Shown: positions 29,278 to 38,175 of the stretch, in pieces
Layout of the letters: every line of letters begins with the position of its first letter
Numbering within the stretch: position 1 is the stretch's first letter
Assembly (NCBI GenBank): GCA_018646825.1
Contig: JABGUA010000053.1
Span: 1 to 39,055, forward strand
Reading direction: 5' to 3'
Length of the DNA stretch: 39,055 bases
DNA from: Piscirickettsiaceae bacterium
Lineage (GTDB): Bacteria > Pseudomonadota > Gammaproteobacteria > Nitrosococcales > Methylophagaceae
Position numbers and translations under genes: made by a program
Notes under the pieces: model-generated
Databases searched by the model: none
What the model saw: only the letters and a program-made list of their open reading frames with translations
Told to the model about the DNA's origin: nothing

Positions 29278-29961
29278 ATGAATCAAGAAAAAATATGGGA
29301 AGCATTCCAAAATGATGAAGAATTACTGGATGTTGGTTTTCCAGCACGTAAGCGATTTGATTTTCTTACAAAACAGATATCTATTGGAAGTAGTATTTTA
29401 AATATAGGCGTGGGTAAGGGATATTTGGAGAAAGTCCTAGTTGATAAAGGTGTGAGTGTTAGCTGTTTAGACCCCAGTGAGGCAGCGATTGAAAAAATAA
29501 GAGAAAAACTAAATCTAGGAAAAAAGGCTCAAGTTGGTTACTCACAATCAATACCATATCCTGATGCTTCTTTTGATTATGTGATTATGTCTGAAGTTTT
29601 GGAGCACCTAGATGATGAGGTAATTGGAAAAACATTATTGGATGTCAGGCGAGTACTTAAGCGCAATGGGAAATTTTTAGGTACAGTGCCAGCGGATGAG
29701 GCTCTCAATGCAGGAGTCGTTGTCTGTCCCAACTGTGCGGATCATTTTCATCGCTGGGGACATGTACAATCTTTTTCTCAAGAAAGGCTATTTAATTTAT
29801 TAAGTTCAGAATTTAATAATGCAAATGTTCGTCGAGTATTATTGAGTGATTTTAAGCAGCTTAACTGGAAAGGAAAGATACTTGATCTTTTAAAGAAAAC
29901 TCAGGTTCTTATGAACTTAAAAGGCAGCAATCACAATTTCTTTTTTGTTGCTAAGAAATAA
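29278..29961 (+). CDS. Class I SAM-dependent methyltransferase
   Basis: ILNIGVGKGYLE (motif I) and FDYVIMSEVLEHL. Contains a CPNCADHFHRWGH insertion that looks like a small metal-binding element. Confidence 0.8.
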   Translation: MNQEKIWEAFQNDEELLDVGFPARKRFDFLTKQISIGSSILNIGVGKGYLEKVLVDKGVSVSCLDPSEAAIEKIREKLNLGKKAQVGYSQSIPYPDASFDYVIMSEVLEHLDDEVIGKTLLDVRRVLKRNGKFLGTVPADEALNAGVVVCPNCADHFHRWGHVQSFSQERLFNLLSSEFNNANVRRVLLSDFKQLNWKGKILDLLKKTQVLMNLKGSNHNFFFVAKK

Positions 29962-31071
29962 ATGAAACTCTTAGTTTTTATTCATTCGCTTTCTTCAGGT
30001 GGTGCAGAGCGAGTCACCTCAAACCTTGCTAATTACTGGGCTGAAAAGAACTGGGATATAAGCATTGTAACAATAACCGGATGTGAACTGGATTTCTATC
30101 AATTACATCCATCGATTCATCGGGTTGGGTTATCTCTTGACAAAGATAGCACCAACTTATTTGAGTCAATTAAAAATAATTATTGCCGTATAAAGGCACT
30201 GCGTAATATGCTGAAACAGCAAAAACCTGATGTTGCATTAGCGATGATGTCAACGCCTAGTATTTTGCTTGCACTGGCATCAAATGGGCTAAACATTCCG
30301 GTATTAGGCTCAGAACGAATCCATCCACCAATGTTGCCTCTTGGCAGAATATGGGAATGGTTACGTCGGATAAGTTATGCCCAGTTAGACGCTGTTATTA
30401 CGCTTGCTGTGGAGAGTGCTAGTTGGTTGAAAAAACGAACTAACGTAAAGAAGGTGGTTATTATTCCTAATGCGATTGCTTATCCGATAGCAGCGCAAGA
30501 GCCAAAAGTTAGTCCAAAAACATCAAATGATTATTGTTTCAGCCTCATTGCGGTCGGCAGGTTAGCACCCCAAAAAGGGTTTGAACGACTTTTATGCGCA
30601 TTCGCAGAATTAGCACCACGCTTTCTTGATTGGCATTTGACCATTCTTGGAGAAGGTGATGCGCGTGATGCTTTGGAAAAATTGAGATTAAAGCTAGACC
30701 TTGAAAAATGTGTTTCATTACCTGGCGTGATGGGTAACCTTGGTGAGTGGTACGAGTCAGCAGATTTATTTGTTATGACATCTCTGTTTGAAGGTTTTCC
30801 AAATACATTAACAGAGGCGATGGCGTATGGCTTATCGGTCGTTAGTGTTGATTGTGATACAGGCCCGCGCGATATTATTCGACATCAGGTTGATGGCTTA
30901 TTAGTGTCACAAGATAACCATGATGCACTAGTTGAAGCATTGGCAACATTGATGAGTGATAAAACACTACGCGACCAATATGCAACCCGGGGTATAGAAA
31001 TTAGAGATCGATTGTCGATGGAAAAAATCGCAGAAATGTGGGAAAGAGTATTTGAGGATGTATCTAAATGA
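29962..31071 (+). CDS. Family 4 glycosyltransferase
   Basis: MKLLVFIHSLSSGGAERV and TSLFEGFPNTLTEAMAYGLSVVSVDCDTGPRD motifs. Confidence 0.88.
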   Translation: MKLLVFIHSLSSGGAERVTSNLANYWAEKNWDISIVTITGCELDFYQLHPSIHRVGLSLDKDSTNLFESIKNNYCRIKALRNMLKQQKPDVALAMMSTPSILLALASNGLNIPVLGSERIHPPMLPLGRIWEWLRRISYAQLDAVITLAVESASWLKKRTNVKKVVIIPNAIAYPIAAQEPKVSPKTSNDYCFSLIAVGRLAPQKGFERLLCAFAELAPRFLDWHLTILGEGDARDALEKLRLKLDLEKCVSLPGVMGNLGEWYESADLFVMTSLFEGFPNTLTEAMAYGLSVVSVDCDTGPRDIIRHQVDGLLVSQDNHDALVEALATLMSDKTLRDQYATRGIEIRDRLSMEKIAEMWERVFEDVSK

Positions 31072-31787
31072 AAGATGATGCAATTAAAAAAACATTGAAA
31101 AAAGCTCGATCATTTTGCATGTTCTGGATTGCTCGGCCGACTTCAGTTCATTTAGAGGCTGTACGGCTTGAGGAGTTAGAGGTGGCACATGATTATTTAC
31201 CCTCAGAGGGTAGGCTTCTTGAGATAGGTGCTGGAACTGGATGGCAAGCACAAGCCTTACAGGATCGAGGATATGATGTCAGTGCGATTGATATAGCTTT
31301 GAGTAATTTAAGGAATAAGCGTATTTGGCCAGTTACTGATTATGATGGAATGAAAATACCGTTTAAAGATAATACCTTTGATATTATCTTTAGTAGTAAT
31401 GTGCTTGAGCATATTCCTCATATTTTCGAATTCCAAAAGGAGATGCAAAGGGTTCTAAAACCAGAAGGTATTGCGGTCCATATTTTACCCTCAAGTAGTT
31501 GGCGATTTTGGTCAAATATGACTGAAATGTTGAAAAATTGGCGACTGCCTTTAGTGCATGGGGAGCATGCAGGAAATTCATTTGTAGAGATTTATTATTT
31601 CAGTCGTTGGTCGTGGTCTCGCCTGTTTCGTAAGACGGATTGGACAATTGAAACTCTAAAGTCAGTTGGATTATTTTATACGGGCAGTTCAATTATGGAT
31701 TCGCGGCTGAGTATCAATACACGTAGGAAATTGAGTTGGGTAATAGGTAGTGCATGCAATATTTTTGTTTTGAAAAAATGTGGGTAG
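31068..31787 (+). CDS. Class I SAM-dependent methyltransferase (paralogue of 8592-9350)
   Basis: LLEIGAGTGWQA, FDIIFSSNVLEHI and the shared tail GLFYTGSSIMDSRLSI...GSACNIFVL. Confidence 0.85.
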   Translation: MKDDAIKKTLKKARSFCMFWIARPTSVHLEAVRLEELEVAHDYLPSEGRLLEIGAGTGWQAQALQDRGYDVSAIDIALSNLRNKRIWPVTDYDGMKIPFKDNTFDIIFSSNVLEHIPHIFEFQKEMQRVLKPEGIAVHILPSSSWRFWSNMTEMLKNWRLPLVHGEHAGNSFVEIYYFSRWSWSRLFRKTDWTIETLKSVGLFYTGSSIMDSRLSINTRRKLSWVIGSACNIFVLKKCG

Positions 31788-31794
31788 CGTACGA

Positions 31795-32922
31795 ATGAAA
31801 AACATTCTTTTTTTTATCCGTTCACTCAATGTTGGCGGTGCTGAACGTCAGCTTGTCGTTACTGCCAAGGGTTTAGCCGAACGTGGACATAACGTGACCG
31901 TGCTAACTTTTTACAATAGCGGCTTTTATGCCGACGAACTGACAAATATAAACGTACAGTTATTAAGTTTAAATAAACAAGGGCGTTGGGATCTGTTTGC
32001 TTTTTTCTATCGATTATTTAAAGCGTTACGCCAGCAAAACCCTGACGTGATTTATAGCTATATGAATACGGCAAATATATTGGTGATGATGTTACGCCCC
32101 TTTATTTGTCCTGCTCGTATTGTCTGGGGTGTTCGTGCGTCTAATATGGATTTAAAGCAATATGACTGGTTGTCGCGCTGGAGTTATTGGCTGGAATGCA
32201 GGTTATCACGGTTTGCCGATGTGATTATTGCTAATTCTCATGCAGGTCTTGAATATGCGGTAGAACATGGTTTTCCTGGGCAGAAAATAACAGTAATCCC
32301 TAACGGCATTGATACCAAGCGTTTTTATCCTGATAAATCAGCGGGTGATTCACTTCGTCAATGTTGGGGTGTTGCAGAAAATGAACGCCTAATTGGTGCA
32401 GTTGGACGTATTGATCCGATGAAAGGCATCCCCGTTTTTTTAGCGGCAGCAGCCAAAATAAAACAACAACATGCACACGCCCGTTTTGTTTGGGTAGGTG
32501 TTGGTGAGGCAAATTATGAAAAGAAAATGTACGAACTTGCAACACAATTAAACTTGGATGATGCCTTAATATGGGCAGGTCGCCATACGGATATGTTAGC
32601 GGTTTATAACGCGTTTGATATTGCTTCTTCTTCTTCTTATGGGGAAGGGTTTCCAAATGTACTGGGTGAGGCGATGGCCTGTGGTGTACCCTGTGTGGTG
32701 ACTGATGTGGGTGATTCAGCTTTGGTGGTGGGTGAAACGGGTAAAGCTGTACCTGCAAAAGATAGTAATGCATTGTCATCAGCATGGGATGAAATGCTTT
32801 TGCTTGATGATGAGGAAATTAAGCCGTTATCAGTGTCAGCGCGGAAGCGTGTGGTGAATGAATTTAGTGTGAAAGCTTTATTAAATGATACAGAGGATGT
32901 CATTTCTCAAGGTACAAGTTAG
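31795..32922 (+). CDS. Family 4 glycosyltransferase
   Basis: MKNILFFIRSLNVGGAERQ and SSSYGEGFPNVLGEAMACGVPCVVTDVGDS motifs. I prefer the ATG at 31795 over the GTG at 31780. Confidence 0.88.
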   Translation: MKNILFFIRSLNVGGAERQLVVTAKGLAERGHNVTVLTFYNSGFYADELTNINVQLLSLNKQGRWDLFAFFYRLFKALRQQNPDVIYSYMNTANILVMMLRPFICPARIVWGVRASNMDLKQYDWLSRWSYWLECRLSRFADVIIANSHAGLEYAVEHGFPGQKITVIPNGIDTKRFYPDKSAGDSLRQCWGVAENERLIGAVGRIDPMKGIPVFLAAAAKIKQQHAHARFVWVGVGEANYEKKMYELATQLNLDDALIWAGRHTDMLAVYNAFDIASSSSYGEGFPNVLGEAMACGVPCVVTDVGDSALVVGETGKAVPAKDSNALSSAWDEMLLLDDEEIKPLSVSARKRVVNEFSVKALLNDTEDVISQGTS

Positions 32923-32985
32923 TGGCGACGTTCATATGGTGCATAGCTTCATTAGCTTACAAAACCTGATTTTTAGGGGGGGTCG

Positions 32986-34125
32986 TTGAAAGTCATACAC
33001 ATAATCACAGGCCTCGCCACAGGTGGCGCAGAGCGAGCGCTTTATAACCTATTACAAGGCGGCTTAAGCACGGAGTTTGACTGTCATGTTATTTCACTGA
33101 GTGATGAGGGGACGATGGGTGCACAAATTAAAGCACTAGGCGTGACTGTTATCACGCTAAATATGCGGGCAGGGTGGCCTACCTTGGCTGGCTTATTAAA
33201 ACTTCGTTCCATTATAAAGAAATTACAACCCGATTTAATTCAAGGTTGGATGTATCACGGCAATCTGGCAGCGACACTGGCTAGGTTTTTTATGGCTAAT
33301 AAGCCGGCTTTAATTTGGAATGTTCGCCAATCGTTGTATGATCTAAAACATGAAAAAAGATTGACGCGGTTAGTCATTAAAGCGAATCGTTTTTTTTCAG
33401 CTAACCCTGATGTCTTGTTATATAACAGTCAGCTTTCACGCCAGCAGCATGAAGCATTTGGCTTTTCGGTTGATAAAAGTCGCGTTATCCCTAATGGAAT
33501 TAATCTGCAACGCTTTAGCTTTTCTGCTGAGGCCAGACGAAATATACTAGCTGAATTGAGTATTCCTAAGACGGCTGTGGTTATTGGGCATGTTGCGCGC
33601 TTACACCCCATGAAAGACCATGCTAATTTTCTAAAAGCGGCCGTTATTCTGGCGCAGCGAAATGCTGATATTCAATTTATTCTTAGTGGTCGGGGCGTTA
33701 GCATAAATGACGAGGCGCTTGAGAAACATATCCCAATAACATTACAAAATAGATTTCATCTTTTAGGTGAGCGTAACGATGTGGCGGACTTGATGAGTGC
33801 AATGGATGTTTTTTGCCAAAGTTCTTGGACGGAGGCTTTTCCTAATGTATTGGGTGAAGCTATGGCTGTAGCTATACCTTGTGTTGCCACGGATGTGGGG
33901 GACAGCGCGTTAATTATAGGTGAGTGCGGAGTAGTGGTTCCCGCAAGAGATGCAGATGCACTTATAGCAGGGATTGAAGCATTGCTGATATTAGATACTA
34001 TTGAACGCCGAGTGCTGGGGCAACAAGCACACAACCGTATTGAGGAACAGTTTACTTTGAGTGTGATTGCTGAACGTTATGCAGATCTTTATAAGACTGC
34101 AAGTGTAGAAAAGAGAAGAACTTAA
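32986..34125 (+). CDS. Family 4 glycosyltransferase
   Basis: (TTG)KVIHIITGLATGGAERA and QSSWTEAFPNVLGEAMAVAIPCVATDVGDS motifs. The start is uncertain; see the G7 tract finding. Confidence 0.82.
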   Translation: MKVIHIITGLATGGAERALYNLLQGGLSTEFDCHVISLSDEGTMGAQIKALGVTVITLNMRAGWPTLAGLLKLRSIIKKLQPDLIQGWMYHGNLAATLARFFMANKPALIWNVRQSLYDLKHEKRLTRLVIKANRFFSANPDVLLYNSQLSRQQHEAFGFSVDKSRVIPNGINLQRFSFSAEARRNILAELSIPKTAVVIGHVARLHPMKDHANFLKAAVILAQRNADIQFILSGRGVSINDEALEKHIPITLQNRFHLLGERNDVADLMSAMDVFCQSSWTEAFPNVLGEAMAVAIPCVATDVGDSALIIGECGVVVPARDADALIAGIEALLILDTIERRVLGQQAHNRIEEQFTLSVIAERYADLYKTASVEKRRT

Positions 34126-36056
34126 TGTGTGGAATAGTTGGTTATTGGGATAGGCAGGGAGCGAATACTTCAGTAGTTGAGAAGATGGCCTTGAAAATTC
34201 AGCACCGAGGCCCTGACGGTGCGGGTGTTTGGTTGAATGATTCAGGTGATTTAGCGATGGCACATCGCCGTCTTGCTATTATGGATTTGTCACCGGCTGG
34301 CTATCAACCGATGTTGTCACCTTGTGAGCGGTTTACCTTGGTGTTTAATGGCGAGATATATAATCATTTAGATTTACGAGTTGATCTAGAACGTGAGGGG
34401 GGGCATTTTAATTGGCGTGGCCATTCTGATACAGAAACCTTATTAGCTGCTTTACGTCACTGGGGTATTGAGCAGACCTTACAGAAATTGAATGGCATGT
34501 TTGCTTTTGCATTATGGGACAGTCAAGAAAAATGCTTGTTTTTAGCCCGTGATCGCATGGGTGAAAAACCGCTCTATTATGGTAATCAGGGAAGGCGATT
34601 TTTCTTTTCTTCTGAATTAAAGGCGCTTAAGGCTCACCCCGATTGGCGGCCAGAAATTGATCGCAATGCCTTAACGCTTTATATGCGCCATAACGCAATA
34701 CCTGCACCTTGGAGCATTTATGCGGGGATTAAAAAATTATCACCCGCAAATTATGTGGTGATACGTGAAGCGGGATCGACTGTTTCTGACCCTGTCTGTT
34801 ATTGGGATCTAGCGAAAGTAGCTGAAGAAGGGATAGCAAAGCAGGCGGATGGCAGTATTGAATCCTTAACGAATGAATTAGATGCCTTATTACGGGATGC
34901 AGTGAAAAGCCGAATGGCGTCTGATGTGCCGTTAGGGGCATTTTTATCAGGTGGTTTTGATTCCACCATGGTAGCGGCAATGATGCAGGCGCAGTCACCG
35001 TCACCGATTAAAACATTCACTATTGGTTTTAATGAGCAAGGTTATAACGAGGCAGTGCACGCAAAGGCTGTCGCTAAACATTTAGGAACGGAGCATACAG
35101 AGCTTTATGTTGGCCCCGAAGAGGCAATGGCGGTTATTCCACGCTTAGCGACGATATGGGACGAACCTTTTTCTGATTCTTCCCAAATACCTACTTTATT
35201 AGTCAGTGAATTAGTCCGAAAACACGTGACGGTATGCCTATCGGGTGATGGCGGGGATGAGTTATTTTGTGGTTATAGTCGTTATACTCAAGGCTATCAA
35301 ATTTGGCATACCTTGCAGCGATTGCCAAATCCAATAAGGCGGGCTGTTGGGTCGCTGATGCAACTTTTCCCTGGGGCGCCAATCGAGTATTTATTGAATT
35401 TTCTCCCTAAGCGCTTTCAGATACCACATTTTGCCGACCGTTTGCCAAAGTTGGCTCAGGTGGTAAAAGAAAGATCAGGTGAATCCTATTATCACCGCTT
35501 AGTGTCTCACTGGCATGAGCCAGAAAAGCTGGTGTTAGGAGGTGTAGAGCCACAAACGCTGTTTAACCGTTCCGAACAGTTTCCTAATGTTAAAGATTTT
35601 CGTGAGCAGATGATGTATTTGGACAGCATGACGTATTTGCCCGATGATATTTTAACCAAGGTAGATAGAGCGAGCATGGCTGTTAGCTTAGAGGCACGAG
35701 TGCCGTTATTGGACCATCGTGTCGTTGAATTCGCCTGGAAAGTACCCATGTCAATGAAATACCGTGATGGTCAAGGTAAGTGGTTATTGCGCGAAGTATT
35801 ATATAAATATGTACCCAAAGCGTTAATGGATCGGCCAAAAATGGGCTTTGGTGTGCCGATTGAGCTTTGGCTGCAAGGGCCATTGCGTGATTGGGTGGAG
35901 GCTTTATTGGATGAGAAGCGATTAAGGGAGGAAGGAATCTTTGACCCCGCTCCAATACGTAAAATGTGGCAAGAGCATATAAGCGGCAAGCGGCGCTGGC
36001 ACTATTATTTATGGGATGTGTTGATGTTTCAGGCGTGGCTGAGGGAGCAGGAATGA
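34125..36056 (+). CDS. Asparagine synthase (glutamine-hydrolysing) family amidotransferase, second copy
   Basis: MCGIVGYW (Cys2) and the SGGFDST PP-loop, 643 aa. Collinear with the protein at 19468-21396, but divergent. Confidence 0.9.
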   Translation: MCGIVGYWDRQGANTSVVEKMALKIQHRGPDGAGVWLNDSGDLAMAHRRLAIMDLSPAGYQPMLSPCERFTLVFNGEIYNHLDLRVDLEREGGHFNWRGHSDTETLLAALRHWGIEQTLQKLNGMFAFALWDSQEKCLFLARDRMGEKPLYYGNQGRRFFFSSELKALKAHPDWRPEIDRNALTLYMRHNAIPAPWSIYAGIKKLSPANYVVIREAGSTVSDPVCYWDLAKVAEEGIAKQADGSIESLTNELDALLRDAVKSRMASDVPLGAFLSGGFDSTMVAAMMQAQSPSPIKTFTIGFNEQGYNEAVHAKAVAKHLGTEHTELYVGPEEAMAVIPRLATIWDEPFSDSSQIPTLLVSELVRKHVTVCLSGDGGDELFCGYSRYTQGYQIWHTLQRLPNPIRRAVGSLMQLFPGAPIEYLLNFLPKRFQIPHFADRLPKLAQVVKERSGESYYHRLVSHWHEPEKLVLGGVEPQTLFNRSEQFPNVKDFREQMMYLDSMTYLPDDILTKVDRASMAVSLEARVPLLDHRVVEFAWKVPMSMKYRDGQGKWLLREVLYKYVPKALMDRPKMGFGVPIELWLQGPLRDWVEALLDEKRLREEGIFDPAPIRKMWQEHISGKRRWHYYLWDVLMFQAWLREQE

Positions 36057-37231
36057 AAAAATTAAATTTATATGAGCATCCAGGGCACTGGCAGTCTAGT
36101 GAAAAACCCACACTGTTGTTTGTAGTGAATGTAGATTGGTTTTTTCTATCTCACCGATTGCCAATTGCGCTGGAGGCGCTGCGACATGGTTATCAGGTTC
36201 ACATTGCCACTAGTTTGACTGACCGATTGGCTCAACTCCAAAGCTACGGTTTGGTGGTGCATCCTTTAGCGCTAAATCGGAGTAGTGCTGGTTTAGCTAA
36301 TATGTTGCACACGATGTGGCAGCTGTTGAGGGTGTTTAGAACTGTGCGGCCTGACGTTGTGCATTTGGTTACCATTAAAGCGGTATTGTTAGGTGGATTT
36401 GCGGCGCGGTTGGCTGGTGTACCGGCCATAGTGGCAGCAATTTCTGGTCTGGGCTTTGTATTTATGGCTAGTGGAACAGTAGCTGGATTTCGTCGCTGGC
36501 TGGTCGGCGGTCTTTATCGTTTAGCTCTAAGCCACCATAACCTGAAAGTGATTTTTCAAAATCCTGATGACCGTTCTAGCTTAGCTAAGCTTATGAACTT
36601 GCCAAATAATAGGGTAGAAACAATTCGTGGCTCAGGGGTGGACTTGAATTTATATTGCCGTACACCGCTGCCAGAGGGTGTGCCAGTAGTGTTGTTGGCA
36701 GCACGTATGCTGACTGACAAAGGTGTACGTGAGTTTGTGCAAGCGGCTCGGTTGTTGAAGCGGCAGGGGGTCTCAGCTAGATTTTGCTTGGTTGGTGCTA
36801 TAGATCCAGAAAATCCTGCAAGCCTCACTGATGCCGAGCTGGAGCAGTGGACGAGTGAAAAGGTGGTTGAGGTGTGGGGACACCAATCAGACATGCCTGA
36901 AGTGCTGAGAACATCGTATTTAGTGGTATTGCCTTCGTACCGAGAGGGTTTGCCTAAAGTGTTATTAGAGGCTGCAGCCTGCGCGCGGGCTGTCGTTACA
37001 ACTGATGTACCAGGTTGCCGCGATGCAATTGACCCTGGCGTTACTGGTGTATTAGTGCCTGCGCGTAATGCTATAGCGCTGGCTGATGCGCTCAGGGAGT
37101 TAATCAATAACCCGGCGCGCTGCCAGGCTATGGGTGACGCAGGGCGTAGATTGGCTGAAGTCTCATTTGATATACGACAGGTGGTGGCTGCGCATCTGCG
37201 CATGTACCAGGAGCTGATAAACAAATCATGA
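36053..37231 (+). CDS. Family 4 glycosyltransferase
   Basis: LLFVVNVDWFFLSHRLPIA N-terminus and PSYREGLPKVLLEAAACARAVVTTDVPGCRD. I prefer the ATG at 36053 (ATGA overlap with the amidotransferase stop) over the tool's start inside the upstream gene. Confidence 0.85.
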   Translation: MKKLNLYEHPGHWQSSEKPTLLFVVNVDWFFLSHRLPIALEALRHGYQVHIATSLTDRLAQLQSYGLVVHPLALNRSSAGLANMLHTMWQLLRVFRTVRPDVVHLVTIKAVLLGGFAARLAGVPAIVAAISGLGFVFMASGTVAGFRRWLVGGLYRLALSHHNLKVIFQNPDDRSSLAKLMNLPNNRVETIRGSGVDLNLYCRTPLPEGVPVVLLAARMLTDKGVREFVQAARLLKRQGVSARFCLVGAIDPENPASLTDAELEQWTSEKVVEVWGHQSDMPEVLRTSYLVVLPSYREGLPKVLLEAAACARAVVTTDVPGCRDAIDPGVTGVLVPARNAIALADALRELINNPARCQAMGDAGRRLAEVSFDIRQVVAAHLRMYQELINKS

Positions 37232-38175
37232 AAGTACTAGTTACGGGTGGCAGTGGTTTTGTGGGTGGGGCGTTGCGTGCATCGCTCGATGGGTCTAACC
37301 ATTCCATGAGGTTGGCGCTGCGATTAGCGAATGCAAAGTCCGGAATCTATGACCAGGTAGTTGTCGGTCAGATTGATGCCGCGACTAACTGGTCTGCTGC
37401 GTTAAAGGATGTTGATGTGGTGATCCACTTGGCAGCACGCGTGCATGTGATGGATGAACAATCAGTTGATCCGTTATCCGAGTTCCGTAGGGTAAATGTA
37501 GACGGATCGTTAAATCTGGCTAGTCAAGCCGCAAACGCTGGTGTGAAGCGGTTGATTTACCTGAGCTCCGTCAAGGTGAATGGAGAGCTTACCGTGCCGG
37601 GACAACCCTTTAGAGAGTCCGACATGGCCAACCCTCAGGATGCCTACGGACTTTCTAAGTTTGAGGCCGAACAAGGGTTACTGTTGATTGCGCAAGAGAC
37701 CGGCATGGAGGTGGTGATTATCCGGCCGCCGTTGGTGCACGGGCAGGGCGTGAAGGCTAACTTCGCGAGTATGATGCGCATGGTCAAGCGGGGTGTACCC
37801 TTACCACTCGGCGCTATCCACAATAGGCGTAGCTTTGTGTATGTAGGTAACCTAGTGAGTTTAATTACCACCTGTATTCACCACCCTGCGGCAGCGAACC
37901 AAATATTCTTGGTCTCCGATGGGTGCGATCTTTCTACGACACAATTGTTTCAAGCGTGCGCTACTGCGCTGGGCGTTAAGTCTTGGCTATGGCCCGTTCC
38001 ACAAGGGTTAATTGAAGGCTTAGCTGCCTTGGTGGGTAAGCGCGACGTGGCGCAGCGCCTGTGTGGAAACCTACAGGTCGACATCACTAAGGCGCGATCG
38101 CTACTAGGATGGGCGCCAACCATCTCGGTGGCGGATGGCCTGAAGACGACCGCGAAAGCTTTCAGTATTCGCTAG
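37228..38175 (+). CDS. Extended-SDR NAD-dependent epimerase/dehydratase/reductase (WbpK/WbpV-like)
   Basis: VLVTGGSGFVGGAL and YGLSKFEAE (YxxxK) motifs, 315 aa. ATGA overlap with the upstream GT. Confidence 0.82.
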   Translation: MKVLVTGGSGFVGGALRASLDGSNHSMRLALRLANAKSGIYDQVVVGQIDAATNWSAALKDVDVVIHLAARVHVMDEQSVDPLSEFRRVNVDGSLNLASQAANAGVKRLIYLSSVKVNGELTVPGQPFRESDMANPQDAYGLSKFEAEQGLLLIAQETGMEVVIIRPPLVHGQGVKANFASMMRMVKRGVPLPLGAIHNRRSFVYVGNLVSLITTCIHHPAAANQIFLVSDGCDLSTTQLFQACATALGVKSWLWPVPQGLIEGLAALVGKRDVAQRLCGNLQVDITKARSLLGWAPTISVADGLKTTAKAFSIR

